DNA of 64,000 bases from Tagaea sp. (GTDB taxonomy: Bacteria; Pseudomonadota; Alphaproteobacteria; CACIAM-22H2). The stretch is taken from NCBI GenBank assembly GCA_965279525.1, contig CBDIIB010000005.1:192001-256000 (forward strand). Reading direction: 5' to 3'. The position numbers and the translations under genes were made by a program. The notes beneath the pieces are model-generated. The model saw only the letters and a list, made by a program, of their open reading frames with translations, made no database searches and had not been told where the DNA came from. This document shows, piece by piece, positions 31,907 to 41,902 of the stretch. Positions within the stretch are counted from its first letter, which is position 1; each line of letters starts with the position of its first letter.

Positions 31907-32317
31907 TCAGGGTGCGGCGGGCGGTTCCCAACCTTTCGCCGCCATCTCGAATCCGCCGAACTCGAACGCCGGGCCCACCGTGCAGCCCGCGAGCGTCCAG
32001 TCGCCAAGGCTCTCCGCACTCTGCCACACGCCTTCGGGCACGATGAGCTGGGGAAGTTCGCCGGCGGCGATGCCGGGGCCGAGGATGCGGCGGTCTGGCA
32101 TGAAGAGGGCGAGCGGCGATCCGGCGTACCAGTGCCAGATCTCGGCCGCGTCCACGCGGTGCCAGTGCGAGCGTTCGCCGGCCTTGAGCAGGTAGTAGAT
32201 CGCGGTCATCGCCCCGCGCCCGCCATCGGGCGGGACATGGCGGAAGGTCTCGCGATAGTGGCCGCCCTCGGGATGCGGCTGCAAGCCGAGGGCGGCGATG
32301 ATCGCGTCAGCGTTCAT
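31907..32317 (-). CDS. cupin_5 (DUF985) family protein
   Basis: LQPHPEGGHYRETF, TAIYYLL, SHWHRV..EIWHWYAG and CTVGPAFEF motifs. Confidence 0.92.
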   Translation of the reverse strand: MNADAIIAALGLQPHPEGGHYRETFRHVPPDGGRGAMTAIYYLLKAGERSHWHRVDAAEIWHWYAGSPLALFMPDRRILGPGIAAGELPQLIVPEGVWQSAESLGDWTLAGCTVGPAFEFGGFEMAAKGWEPPAAP

Positions 32318-32925
32318 CCCGCCGGGACGGTCGCCTTGAACGAGGGGCGCTCGGACAGCTTCGCGTACCAGGCCTTCAGCTTCGGCCGGCCGGCGAAGAC
32401 GTCGCCGAACACGGCGCGGAACTGCAGCCAGCCGAGACCTGCGGCAATCGCGATATGCCCGATCGTCAGGTCGCCCGACAGCGTCTCGATTTCCTTCTCG
32501 AGCGCGTCGATGCCCTGGTTGGCCTTCATCGTCTGCCCGTCGATCCATTCCTTCCAGCGAAGCGCGTCGGGGCGCAGCGTCGTCTCGTAGCGCACGAGGA
32601 TGGCGGCGTCGGTGATGCCGTCGCCCTGCGCTTCCAGGCGCAGCGCCTTCCAGCGCGCCCCGCCCGATTCCGGGATCAGCTTGCGGCCCGAATGGAGCGA
32701 GTCGAGATAGGCGCAGATCACGCGGCTGTCGAACAGCACCTCGCCGCCGTCGGTCGTCAGGGTGGGCACCTTCATCAGCGGATTGTCGCGCGCCAGCGCC
32801 GCGTTGGGCTGGTCCGGGCGGACGGCGGTCGCGACCTTCTCGATCTTGTCGGCAAGGCCGCACTCGTGGGCGACGATCATGACCTTGCGGACATAGGGGC
32901 TGATGGGACCGTAGGCGAGCTTCAT
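32314..32925 (-). CDS. glutathione S-transferase family protein
   Basis: SPYVRKV, NPLMKVPTL and LFDSRVICAYLD motifs. Confidence 0.92.
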   Translation of the reverse strand: MKLAYGPISPYVRKVMIVAHECGLADKIEKVATAVRPDQPNAALARDNPLMKVPTLTTDGGEVLFDSRVICAYLDSLHSGRKLIPESGGARWKALRLEAQGDGITDAAILVRYETTLRPDALRWKEWIDGQTMKANQGIDALEKEIETLSGDLTIGHIAIAAGLGWLQFRAVFGDVFAGRPKLKAWYAKLSERPSFKATVPAG

Positions 32926-32989
32926 CGGGCTACTCCGGGGCGTTTCCAGGCTTTCGGGACGCACAGCCTAGAGGGCCGGGCGCGCGGCT

Positions 32990-34771
32990 TCAACGGACGA
33001 GTGCGCGGACCGCGTCGCGGATGCGGTGCAGGAAGCGCAGCACCGGCAGGCGTTCGTCCGGCGCCTCCAGTTCGAGGCCGACTTTCACGGCGCGGCCCTT
33101 GACGATTTCCTGCACGACCAGCTCGACGGGGCCGAAAACCACGCGGTCGCCGGCGACGGCATCGGGACCCAGGCGCGCGGCGAGGAAGTCGGCCAGCGTC
33201 ACCTCGCCGTCGGCCGGATCGAAGGGCAGGCCATACTGCACGCACAGCGAGTCGAGCTTGAGATCGCCCGAGAACGTGAACTCGCCGCCGTCGTCGACGT
33301 TCTTGCGCCGCACCGGACGCGGGGCGAACAGCCGGTCGAGCGCCATCGTGTGCTCGGGCGGCACCAGCGCGATGATCTGGTCGTCGGCGGCAAGCCGGTC
33401 CAGCTCCTGGCGGTTCATCAGCGTGCCGTCGCGGATCACCGCGATGATGCGCGCGCGCCGCGGCAGCGCCAGTTCCGCGAAGGCACGGTCGAGGGCCGGA
33501 CTGTGCGGGGCCACGCGCCAGCTCGCCGCGTCGCGGTCGGCGACGACGGGAAGGTCGAGATCGCTGCGGCCGATCTGCTCGGTCTGCGGCGGCAGAGCGA
33601 GGCCCAGGAAGCGCGCGGCCGGGCCCACGGTCCAGCCCTGGATCGCCAGCGAGGCGAGCACGACGACGAACGCGACGTTGAAATACGTCATCGCGTCGTT
33701 GACGCCGGCGATGACCGGGATCGACGCGAGGAAGATCGGTACGGCGCCGCGCAGGCCGACCCACGAGATGAAAACCTTCTCGCGCTTGCCGAACTTCGAG
33801 AAGGCAAGGCAGAGCATGACGGCCGCGGGCCGCGCCACGAAGATCAGCGCCAGCGCGATCGCGATCTCGCTCCAGCCGTTCTGGATCAGCTTCGAGGGCG
33901 TCACGAGCATGCCGAGCATCAGGAACATGACGATCTGCGCGATCCACGCGAGCCCGTCGTGGAAGCGCAGGATCGTCGCCTGCGCGCGGTGGCGCCGGTT
34001 GCCGAGCACGAGGCCGGCGAGATAGACGGCAAGGAACCCCGACGCCTCGACCGACTGGGCGGCCGCGAAAACGGTGATCGCGAAGGCCGCGCACAGCACC
34101 GGATAGAGCCCGCCCGCGAGGTCGGCGCGGTTGACGAGCCAGACGAGCGCGAAGCCGCCGGCGATGCCGATCGCCGCCCCGCCCAGCATCTGGACCGCGA
34201 AGAAGACCGCCAGATGCAGCCCCGGCTCGGCCGCCGGGTGCAGCATGTATTCGACGCATGCGACCGTCAGGAACACGGCCATCGGGTCGTTGATGCCGCT
34301 CTCGACCTCCAGCGTGGCCGTGACGCGCTTGTTGAGTTCGGTGCCGCGCATGTTGAGCAGCAGGAACACGGCGGCGGCGTCGGTCGACGCGACGATGGCG
34401 CCCACGAGGAAGGCGCCCACGGGGGGCAGGTCGAGCAGGAACCACGCGAGCACGCCGATGAGGGCCGCGGTCAGCATCACGCCGACCGTGGCGAGGCCAA
34501 GGGCCCCACGCCACGCCAGCCGGATCGCCTGGCGCGGCGTGCGCAGCGCGCCGTCGAACAGCACGATGGCGAGTGCGACCGAGCCGACGAGATAGGTGAG
34601 GCCGAAGTCGCTGAACGGGATGCCGCCCGGCCCGTCCTCGCCCGCCAGCATGCCGAGGCCGAGGAAGACGAGCAGCAGCGGGGCGCCGAGCCGCGAGGAG
34701 AACATGCCCGCAAGGATGCTGATGACGACGAGGAATCCGCCCAGCAGGATGAAATGGTGGATCTGCTCCAT
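32990..34771 (-). CDS. K+/H+ antiporter, CvrA/NhaP2 family
   Basis: GMLAGEDGPGGI, STDAAAVF, LEVESGINDPMA, WVGLRGAVPI motifs; C-terminal RCK/CorC-like domains. Confidence 0.94.
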   Translation of the reverse strand: MEQIHHFILLGGFLVVISILAGMFSSRLGAPLLLVFLGLGMLAGEDGPGGIPFSDFGLTYLVGSVALAIVLFDGALRTPRQAIRLAWRGALGLATVGVMLTAALIGVLAWFLLDLPPVGAFLVGAIVASTDAAAVFLLLNMRGTELNKRVTATLEVESGINDPMAVFLTVACVEYMLHPAAEPGLHLAVFFAVQMLGGAAIGIAGGFALVWLVNRADLAGGLYPVLCAAFAITVFAAAQSVEASGFLAVYLAGLVLGNRRHRAQATILRFHDGLAWIAQIVMFLMLGMLVTPSKLIQNGWSEIAIALALIFVARPAAVMLCLAFSKFGKREKVFISWVGLRGAVPIFLASIPVIAGVNDAMTYFNVAFVVVLASLAIQGWTVGPAARFLGLALPPQTEQIGRSDLDLPVVADRDAASWRVAPHSPALDRAFAELALPRRARIIAVIRDGTLMNRQELDRLAADDQIIALVPPEHTMALDRLFAPRPVRRKNVDDGGEFTFSGDLKLDSLCVQYGLPFDPADGEVTLADFLAARLGPDAVAGDRVVFGPVELVVQEIVKGRAVKVGLELEAPDERLPVLRFLHRIRDAVRALVR

Positions 34772-34854
34772 TGCCGGCCATCTTAGTCAGGATGACGGCG
34801 GAAATGGGGAGCGAAGTTGCGCAAAATCCCGTGCCGTCGGAAACTCCGCCCCGC

Positions 34855-35598
34855 ATGTGGACCGATGTCGTCGATCTCCGCGATTTCTACGCGAGCCCGC
34901 TGGGCCAGACCGCGCGCCGGCTGATCGCGCGCCACATATCCGACATGTGGCCCGACACGAAGGGCCAGGCCGTGCTGGGGCTGGGCTATGCCGTGCCCTA
35001 CCTGCGCGCGTTCCGGCAGGAATCGGCGCGCTGCATCGCGATGATGCCGGCCCCGCAGGGCGTGCTGCACTGGCCGCCCGAAGGCCCCAACGCGACGAGC
35101 CTGGTCGAGGAAGAAGCGCTGCCGCTGCCCGACATGTCGGTCGACCGCGTGCTGCTGGTCCACGCGGTCGAGCATGCCGAGGCATTGCGCCCGTTCCTGC
35201 GCGAGGTATGGCGCGTGCTGACGGGAAGCGGACGCGTGCTGATCGTGGTGCCCAACCGGCGCGGCATCTGGGCGCGGCTCGACCGCACGCCGTTCGGCCA
35301 CGGCCATCCCTATACGGTCGGCCAGCTCAAGCACCTGCTGCGCGACAACCTGTTCGTGCCCCAGCAGACGCGCAGCGGGCTGTTCCTGCCGCCGCTGGGC
35401 GGCCGGCTGTGGCTTTCCGCGGCCGACGCGTGGGAGGCGGCGGGTGCGCGCGTGTTTCCGGCCCTTGCCGGCGTGGCGCTGGTCGAGGCGACCAAGACGC
35501 TCTATGCGCCCACGCCCGTGCGCGTGGGCATGCGCGTGCGTGCGCGCGTCCAGGCCCCGGCCCAGGCCCAGGCATCCGGGCTCGTGCGCCGGCGATGA
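34855..35598 (+). CDS. class I SAM-dependent methyltransferase (YafS-like)
   Basis: MWTDVVDLRDFYASPLG, LGLGYAVPYL, LPLPDMSVDRVLLVH and PFGHGHPY motifs. Confidence 0.88.
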   Translation: MWTDVVDLRDFYASPLGQTARRLIARHISDMWPDTKGQAVLGLGYAVPYLRAFRQESARCIAMMPAPQGVLHWPPEGPNATSLVEEEALPLPDMSVDRVLLVHAVEHAEALRPFLREVWRVLTGSGRVLIVVPNRRGIWARLDRTPFGHGHPYTVGQLKHLLRDNLFVPQQTRSGLFLPPLGGRLWLSAADAWEAAGARVFPALAGVALVEATKTLYAPTPVRVGMRVRARVQAPAQAQASGLVRRR

Positions 35599-36488
35599 TC
35601 GTCGCGTTCGCACCCGCCAAGCTCAACCTGTCGCTCCAGGTCGTGGGCAAGCGGATCGACGGGTATCACCTGCTCGACTCGCTCGTCGCCTTCGCCGACA
35701 TCGGCGACGAAATCGTCGTGGCGCCCAACGAACTGCTGACGCTGTCGATCGACGGGCCCTTCGCGCCTTCGCTCCTCGAAACGCCCGACAACCTCGTGCT
35801 GCGTGCCGCACGCGCGTTGGCCGAATCGCTCGGCGTGGCGGACGGGGCCAAGATCCGGCTCACCAAGAACCTGCCGGTGGCGAGCGGGATCGGCGGCGGC
35901 TCGGCCGACGCCGGCGCCACGCTGCGGGCGCTGGGGCAGCTCTGGGGCGGCCTGCCCGAGGCCGACCGGCTGGCCGAACTGGCCTATGCGCTGGGGGCCG
36001 ACACGATCGCGTGTCTTGCATCGACGCCCGCCTGGATGTCGGGCACGGGCGAGATCCTCGAACCGGTCGGCCCGTTGCCCGAGGCGGGCCTCGTGCTCGT
36101 CAATCCGGGCGTCGCGGTGGCCACGCCGCAGGTCTTCCGGGCACGCAGCGGGCCCTTTTCGAAACCGGCCCGGTTCGACATCCCGGGCGACGCGGCCGGG
36201 CTTGCCCGGGCACTGGCCGGGACTGCCAACGACCTCGCTGCATCGGCGCGCACGCTGGCACCCGAGATCGGCGCGGTGCTTGCGGCACTCGAAAGCCTGC
36301 CCGGAACGCTGATCGCGCGGATGTCGGGCAGCGGGGCGACCTGTTTTGCGCTGTTCGCGGACCGGGCGCAGGCGGCGGCCGCCGCAGCGACCTTGCGCGC
36401 ATCGTCCGCCCCGGGCTGGTGGGTGGCGTCCGGGGGCTGGCATAAACCGCCGGAACCCGCCGTTGTCGGGTCTCACGGGGGGTGCTAA
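35595..36488 (+). CDS. ispE: 4-diphosphocytidyl-2-C-methyl-D-erythritol kinase
   Basis: APAKLNL, DGYHLLDS, KNLPVASGIGGGSADA and MSGSGATCF motifs. Confidence 0.95.
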   Translation: MIVAFAPAKLNLSLQVVGKRIDGYHLLDSLVAFADIGDEIVVAPNELLTLSIDGPFAPSLLETPDNLVLRAARALAESLGVADGAKIRLTKNLPVASGIGGGSADAGATLRALGQLWGGLPEADRLAELAYALGADTIACLASTPAWMSGTGEILEPVGPLPEAGLVLVNPGVAVATPQVFRARSGPFSKPARFDIPGDAAGLARALAGTANDLAASARTLAPEIGAVLAALESLPGTLIARMSGSGATCFALFADRAQAAAAAATLRASSAPGWWVASGGWHKPPEPAVVGSHGGC

Positions 36489-36524
36489 ACCCCCTCTTCG
36501 CTGGTCTCTTTTCCGGAAGCCGAA

Positions 36525-37595
36525 ATGTCGCAGAAAGTCGCACTCATCACCGGGGTCACGGGCCAGGACGGTGCCTATCTGGCCGAAATGCTGCTGGAAA
36601 AGGGCTACATCGTCCACGGGGTGAAGCGCCGCTCGTCGTCGTTCAACACCGCGCGCATCGACCATCTCTATGCCGACCGGCACGAGCAGGGCGTGCGCTT
36701 CTTCATGCACTATGGCGACCTGACGGATTCGACGAACCTGATCCGGCTCGTCCAGCAGACCCAGCCGACCGAGATCTACAATCTCGCGGCCCAGAGCCAC
36801 GTCGCGGTCAGCTTCGAGACGCCGGAATACACTGCCAACGCCGACGGCATCGGCACGCTGCGCCTGCTGGAAGCCATCCGCATCCTCGGCATGGAGAAGA
36901 CCGCGCGGTTCTACCAGGCATCGACGTCGGAGCTGTACGGGCTCGTGCAGGAGCGCCCGCAGAGCGAGAAGACGCCGTTCTATCCGCGCAGCCCCTACGC
37001 CGCCGCCAAGCTCTATGCCTACTGGATCACGGTCAACTACCGCGAGGCCTACGGCATCCACGCGTCGAACGGCATCCTGTTCAACCACGAGGGCCCGACG
37101 CGCGGCGAGACCTTCGTCACGCGCAAGATCAGCCGGGCAGCGGCCGCCATCAAGCTCGGCATGCAGAAGAAGCTCTATCTGGGCAATATCGACAGCTTCC
37201 GCGACTGGGGCCACGCGCGCGACTACGTCGAAGGCATGTGGCTGATGCTGCAGCAGGCCGAAGGCGACGACTACGTGCTCGCCACCGGCGAGACGCAGAC
37301 GGTGCGCGAGTTCGTCAACATCGCCTTCGCCCAGATCGGCAAGCCCATCGAATGGAAGGGCAAGGGCGTGGACGAGAAGGGCCTGGATGCCAGGACCGGC
37401 GAGGTCCTCATCGAGATCGATCCGCGCTATTTCCGCCCGACGGAAGTCGACTACCTGCTCGGCGACCCGACCAAGGCGCGCACCAAGCTCGGCTGGAAGC
37501 ACAAGATCAGCTTCCGCGATCTCGTGAAGGAGATGGTCGAGTCCGACCTCCGGCTCGTCGAACGCGAGCGTCACCGCAATGACCGGTCGGCCTGA
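36525..37595 (+). CDS. gmd: GDP-mannose 4,6-dehydratase
   Basis: [34 protein letters not shown] and RDWGHA motifs. Confidence 0.97.
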   Translation: MSQKVALITGVTGQDGAYLAEMLLEKGYIVHGVKRRSSSFNTARIDHLYADRHEQGVRFFMHYGDLTDSTNLIRLVQQTQPTEIYNLAAQSHVAVSFETPEYTANADGIGTLRLLEAIRILGMEKTARFYQASTSELYGLVQERPQSEKTPFYPRSPYAAAKLYAYWITVNYREAYGIHASNGILFNHEGPTRGETFVTRKISRAAAAIKLGMQKKLYLGNIDSFRDWGHARDYVEGMWLMLQQAEGDDYVLATGETQTVREFVNIAFAQIGKPIEWKGKGVDEKGLDARTGEVLIEIDPRYFRPTEVDYLLGDPTKARTKLGWKHKISFRDLVKEMVESDLRLVERERHRNDRSA

Positions 37596-38541
37596 GATGT
37601 TCGACCTCGCCGGCAAGCGCGTCTTCGTCGCCGGAAACCGCGGCATGGTGGGCGCTGCCCTCGTGCGGCGGCTTGCGGCCGAGAACTGCACGATCCTGAC
37701 GGCGCCCAAGGCCGAGCTCGACCTGACGCGCCAGGCGCCGGTCGAAGCGTGGCTCGCGCGCGAGAAGCCCGACGCCGTCTTCCTCGCCGCCGCGCGCGTC
37801 GGCGGCATCCACGCCAACAACTCGCGGCCGGCGGAGTTCCTCTACGAGAACCTCGCGATCCAGAGTGCGGTGATGCACGGCGCTTTCAAGGCGGGCGTGA
37901 AGAAGCTCTTGTTCCTCGGCTCGACCTGCATCTATCCGCGCCTTGCCCCGCAGCCGATGCGCGAGGATGCGCTGCTGACCGGCCCGCTCGAGCCGACCAA
38001 CGAGTGGTACGCGATCGCGAAGATCGCCGGTATCAAGATGTGCCATGCCTACAAGAAGCAGTACGGCGTCGACTTCATCGCCTGCATGCCGACCAATCTC
38101 TACGGGCCGCACGACAACTACGATCTCGAGATGGGCCACGTGCCCGCCGCGATCATCGCCAAGGTGCATCGCGCGAAGCTTGCCGGCGATCCGAGCATTC
38201 CGGTCTGGGGCGACGGCACGCCGCTGCGCGAATTCATGCATGTGGACGATCTCGCCGACGCGTGCGTCTTCCTGATGAAGAACTATACCGGGCTCGACGC
38301 GTTCAACGTGGGCACCGGCAAGGAAGTGTCGATCGCCGAGTTCGCCCGCACCGTGTGCAAGGTCGCCGGCTATTCCGGTTCCCTCGCCTTCGACACGAGC
38401 AAGCCCAATGGTGCTCCGCGCAAGCTCACTGACCCGTCGCGGCTGATGGCGCTGGGCTGGCGGCCGAAATACGAGCTCGAGCCCGGCCTCGCCGACGCCT
38501 ATCGCTGGTACGTCGAGAACGTCGCTTCGAAGTCCGCCTGA
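37579..38541 (+). CDS. fcl: GDP-L-fucose synthase
   Basis: [32 protein letters not shown] and MPTNLYGP motifs. Alternative start ATG 37597. Confidence 0.95.
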   Translation: MTGRPEMFDLAGKRVFVAGNRGMVGAALVRRLAAENCTILTAPKAELDLTRQAPVEAWLAREKPDAVFLAAARVGGIHANNSRPAEFLYENLAIQSAVMHGAFKAGVKKLLFLGSTCIYPRLAPQPMREDALLTGPLEPTNEWYAIAKIAGIKMCHAYKKQYGVDFIACMPTNLYGPHDNYDLEMGHVPAAIIAKVHRAKLAGDPSIPVWGDGTPLREFMHVDDLADACVFLMKNYTGLDAFNVGTGKEVSIAEFARTVCKVAGYSGSLAFDTSKPNGAPRKLTDPSRLMALGWRPKYELEPGLADAYRWYVENVASKSA

Positions 38542-38661
38542 ACCGGGGAAGCTGGCGAATTGCATTCTGCGAACGGCGCAGGCCGCACGCGCGAGCGTTG
38601 ACGGCGTCGGATTTATCCGCAAAAACTCCACACACCCCCCGCGTCTCCCGAGCAGGACGAG

Positions 38662-39864
38662 ATGAACGAGCAGAGACCCGGGCGCGCGAAAGCCGCCGCC
38701 CGGAATCCGATTCTTGAGCAGGTCCTCAGCGACAACTCGTCGGTCGTCCTCGACGTGGCCAAGCGGCGCCTGAAGACCGAGGGCGACAAGCCGCTCTTCG
38801 CCTGCCGCTCGCTCAATTCGACGATCATCTTCAAGATGCCGAATTTCGAGGAGCAGGAATCGCGCGGCGGCTCGGGCGACGACGCGTGGGATCTCGCGGC
38901 ACTTCTGCGCACGAAGACCGAGACGTCGGACCGCCCGATCGAGACCGGCATCTTCGTCCCCTATTCGCTCGCCGACCGGGCGGCGGGCGGCGTGATCCTC
39001 TATGTCCGCCAGCGGAACTTCGAGCAGCAGATGCGCGAGTTCGTCGGCCTCAACTACAGCCAGGCGGAAGGGCCGACCAAGCGCGACCAGGAGATCCTGC
39101 AACGCATCGACCAGGTGCCCTCGCTCGATCCGTTCCTGCTGAAGCAGGCGCTGCAGAAGGACTTCCCCGACATCGACCGCGCCTATTTCGACATCTCCGA
39201 CGCCGAGGATGCCGCGATCCGCGACACGATCTCGCGCAAGGTGCTCCCCATCGTCCAGAAGGCGCTCGATGGCAACAAGTCGGGCAAGGCCGCCCTCGAG
39301 ACCTTCGTCAACGCGATCTGGAACCCGACCGCCCCCGAGGCCTCGCTGTTCGTCTCGGCCTTCGGCATCTCCGCCTCGCAGACGCAGGAGACCTTCGAGG
39401 CGTGGCGCGGGATCACCTACTACGAATGGTCCTACGGGCGCATCGTCAAGCCGATCGCGCGCCTGCTGGGCTGGATCCAGTCCGAGCGTGCGCGTCCGAT
39501 CGACGGCCAGCGCGCCGGTGCCGCCGTGCGCCAGCAGCTCGAGGCGATGCGCGTCTCGGTCGGGCGCAAGCTCTCGGAGAATGCCCGGGAACCGGAGAAG
39601 TTCTTCCGCGACTACATGACCCGCCACGCCGAATTCGTCGACAGGAACGACCCGGTACGCTTCCGCGAGTTCCTGCGCACCGCGCGCAGCAACTACTGGC
39701 AGCTCGGCTGGTCGATCACGGCGCTGATCCATGTCGTGGGCATCTTCAGCCGCGCCGTGACGCGCGGCACCGACGGGCAGGTCTCGTCGGAAATTCTCTA
39801 CAATCTCTACCGCGACCTCGAGCAGGCGCTGCAGAAGAAGCAGCCGACCCAGGCCGCCCCGTGA
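38662..39864 (+). CDS. hypothetical 400-aa protein, mostly helical
   Basis: Strong host-like codon bias, AGGA upstream, motifs PSLDPFLL and WRGITYYEW; no function recognised. Confidence 0.8.
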   Translation: MNEQRPGRAKAAARNPILEQVLSDNSSVVLDVAKRRLKTEGDKPLFACRSLNSTIIFKMPNFEEQESRGGSGDDAWDLAALLRTKTETSDRPIETGIFVPYSLADRAAGGVILYVRQRNFEQQMREFVGLNYSQAEGPTKRDQEILQRIDQVPSLDPFLLKQALQKDFPDIDRAYFDISDAEDAAIRDTISRKVLPIVQKALDGNKSGKAALETFVNAIWNPTAPEASLFVSAFGISASQTQETFEAWRGITYYEWSYGRIVKPIARLLGWIQSERARPIDGQRAGAAVRQQLEAMRVSVGRKLSENAREPEKFFRDYMTRHAEFVDRNDPVRFREFLRTARSNYWQLGWSITALIHVVGIFSRAVTRGTDGQVSSEILYNLYRDLEQALQKKQPTQAAP

Positions 39865-39925
39865 CGCCGCCGATCCACTCGACAAGCCGCACGCGCCGTT
39901 CTAGATAGGTCGCCTGCGCGCCTGC

Positions 39926-40000
39926 TGGGGCGTCGCCAAGCGGTAAGGCACCGGTTTTTGGTACCGGCATTCCTAGGTTCGAATCCTAGCGCCCCAGCCA
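39926..40000 (+). tRNA. tRNA-Gln (anticodon TTG)
   Basis: TGGGGCG acceptor stem pairing with CGCCCCA, D-arm GCCAAGCGGTAAGGC, anticodon arm CCGGT-TTTTGGT-ACCGG, GGTTCGAATCC T-arm, encoded CCA. Confidence 0.97.
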
Positions 40001-40150
40001 TTTCCCTCCGTCGCCAGTCGATGCATCCGGCACGTCGCCCTGGGTCGCTGGGTATTTTCCGAAGCTGCCCGGCACATGCCACGGCCGACTAGCGTCGTCC
40101 GCACGGAGCACCGGCCGTCCCTCGATCCTCCGGATGCAGGGGAGAAGGCC

Positions 40151-41188
40151 ATGAAAGCGCTTGTCTACAACGGCCCCGGCAAGAAGGGGTTCGAAGACCG
40201 TCCCAAGCCGAAGATCGCCGCACCGACCGACGCCATCGTCAAGGTGACGACGACGACCATCTGCGGGACCGACCTTCACATCCTCAAGGGCGACGTGCCC
40301 ACCTGCGAGCCCGGCCGGATCCTCGGCCATGAAGGCGTCGGGGTCGTCGAGGCGGTGGGTGCTGGCGTCACGTCGGTCAAGCCGGGCGACAAGGTCCTGA
40401 TCTCGTGCATCAGCGCCTGCGGCAAGTGCGCGCCCTGCCGCAAGGGCATGCTCTCGCATTGCGCGACCGGCGGCTGGGTCCTCGGAAACACGATCGACGG
40501 CACGCAAGCCGAGTTCGTGCGCACGCCGCATGCCGACACCAGCCTCTTTATCATTCCCGAAGGCGTCGACGAAGAAGCACTGGTCATGCTGAGCGACATC
40601 CTGCCGACGGGGCTGGAATGCGGCGTGCTCAACGGCAAGGTCCAGCCCGGATGCACGGTTGCCATCGTCGGCTCGGGGCCGATCGGTCTGGCGGCACTGC
40701 TCACGGCCCAATTCTATTCGCCGGCCGAGATCATCATGATCGATCTCGACGACGGCCGCCTCGAAATCGCGAAGCGCCTTGGCGCCACGGCAACGATCAA
40801 CAGTGGCGACGGCAAGGCGCTGGAAGCGGTCATGAAGCTGACCGGCGGTCGCGGTGTCGACACCGCCATCGAGGCCGTCGGCATTCCCGCGACCTTCGAA
40901 CTATGTGCCGCGATCGTCGCGGCGGGCGGCATCGTCGCCAATGTCGGCGTGCACGGCGGACCGGTGGTCCTCCATCTCGAGAATCTCTGGCATCGGAACA
41001 TCGCGATCACGACGCGGCTGGTCGACACGTCCAGCACGCCGATGCTGCTGGGCATGCTGGCATCGGACAGGATCTCCGCCAAGGCGCTGGTCACGCACCG
41101 CTTCGGCTTCGACCGGATCCTCGACGCCTATGAAACCTTCGCCGACGCATCGCGCACGGGTGCGCTCAAGGTCGTCCTCGCGGTCTGA
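40151..41188 (+). CDS. zinc-dependent alcohol dehydrogenase family protein
   Basis: TICGTDLH, GHEGVG, CxxCxxCx7C structural Zn, LSDILPTG and GSGPIG motifs. Confidence 0.94.
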   Translation: MKALVYNGPGKKGFEDRPKPKIAAPTDAIVKVTTTTICGTDLHILKGDVPTCEPGRILGHEGVGVVEAVGAGVTSVKPGDKVLISCISACGKCAPCRKGMLSHCATGGWVLGNTIDGTQAEFVRTPHADTSLFIIPEGVDEEALVMLSDILPTGLECGVLNGKVQPGCTVAIVGSGPIGLAALLTAQFYSPAEIIMIDLDDGRLEIAKRLGATATINSGDGKALEAVMKLTGGRGVDTAIEAVGIPATFELCAAIVAAGGIVANVGVHGGPVVLHLENLWHRNIAITTRLVDTSSTPMLLGMLASDRISAKALVTHRFGFDRILDAYETFADASRTGALKVVLAV

Positions 41189-41208
41189 GGCCAGGACCCC
41201 GTCCGCGA

Positions 41209-41865
41209 TCAGAACTCGACGTCGAGTTCCTCGACGTCTTCGGGCTCGGAAATCGCGGCCGCCGTCCATTCGACCAGCGGCGGAAATTTAAGCATCAGGT
41301 CGCGATACGCGGCCGAGACCGGATCGAGCTTCACGTCGTAGGTGGCAAAGCGCGTGCAGACCGGCGCGTACATGGCGTCCGCCACCGTGGGCTTCTTCCC
41401 GAAAAGATACGGCCCGCCATAGCGCTGCAGGCATTCGCGCCAGATCGCGGTCACGCGCTCGATGTCGGCTTGCGCGCCGGCCCAGATCTTGAAGTCGTCG
41501 TGGCGGGCCTTCAGGTTCATCGGCAGCGCCGACCGGAGATTGGCGAAGCCGGAATGCATCTCGCCGCAGACCGCGCGGCAGTGCGGCCGGGCCACCGGGT
41601 CGGCGGGCCACAGCCCGGCACCGGGCTTCAGCTCGTGCAGGTATTCCGCGATCGCCAGACTGTCCCAGACCTTGACCTTTCCGTGCACCAGACAGGGCAC
41701 GAGGAAGGACGGCGACAGGTGCAGCAGCTCCGCGCGGGTCGCCGGATCGTCCCACGGGGCGACTTTCTCCTCGAAATCCAGTCCGGCCATCTTGCACAGC
41801 AGCCAGCCGCGCAACGACCAAGAGGAATAGTTCTTGCTACTGATCGTGAGTGAAGCTTCGGCCAT
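41209..41865 (-). CDS. glutathione S-transferase family protein
   Basis: SKNYSSWSLRGWL, SPS..VP.L, WDSLAIAEYL, EMHSGF..LR motifs. Confidence 0.92.
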   Translation of the reverse strand: MAEASLTISSKNYSSWSLRGWLLCKMAGLDFEEKVAPWDDPATRAELLHLSPSFLVPCLVHGKVKVWDSLAIAEYLHELKPGAGLWPADPVARPHCRAVCGEMHSGFANLRSALPMNLKARHDDFKIWAGAQADIERVTAIWRECLQRYGGPYLFGKKPTVADAMYAPVCTRFATYDVKLDPVSAAYRDLMLKFPPLVEWTAAAISEPEDVEELDVEF

Positions 41866-41902
41866 GCCGCCGGAAATGCAAATATCGAGCCTGTTGCCGC
41901 AG

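Noticed and set aside
35511-35580. Short (GTGCGC)n and (CAGGCC)n-like repeats
   Set aside because: Low-complexity coding of the VRVGMRVRARVQAPAQAQA tail, not an independent repeat element.
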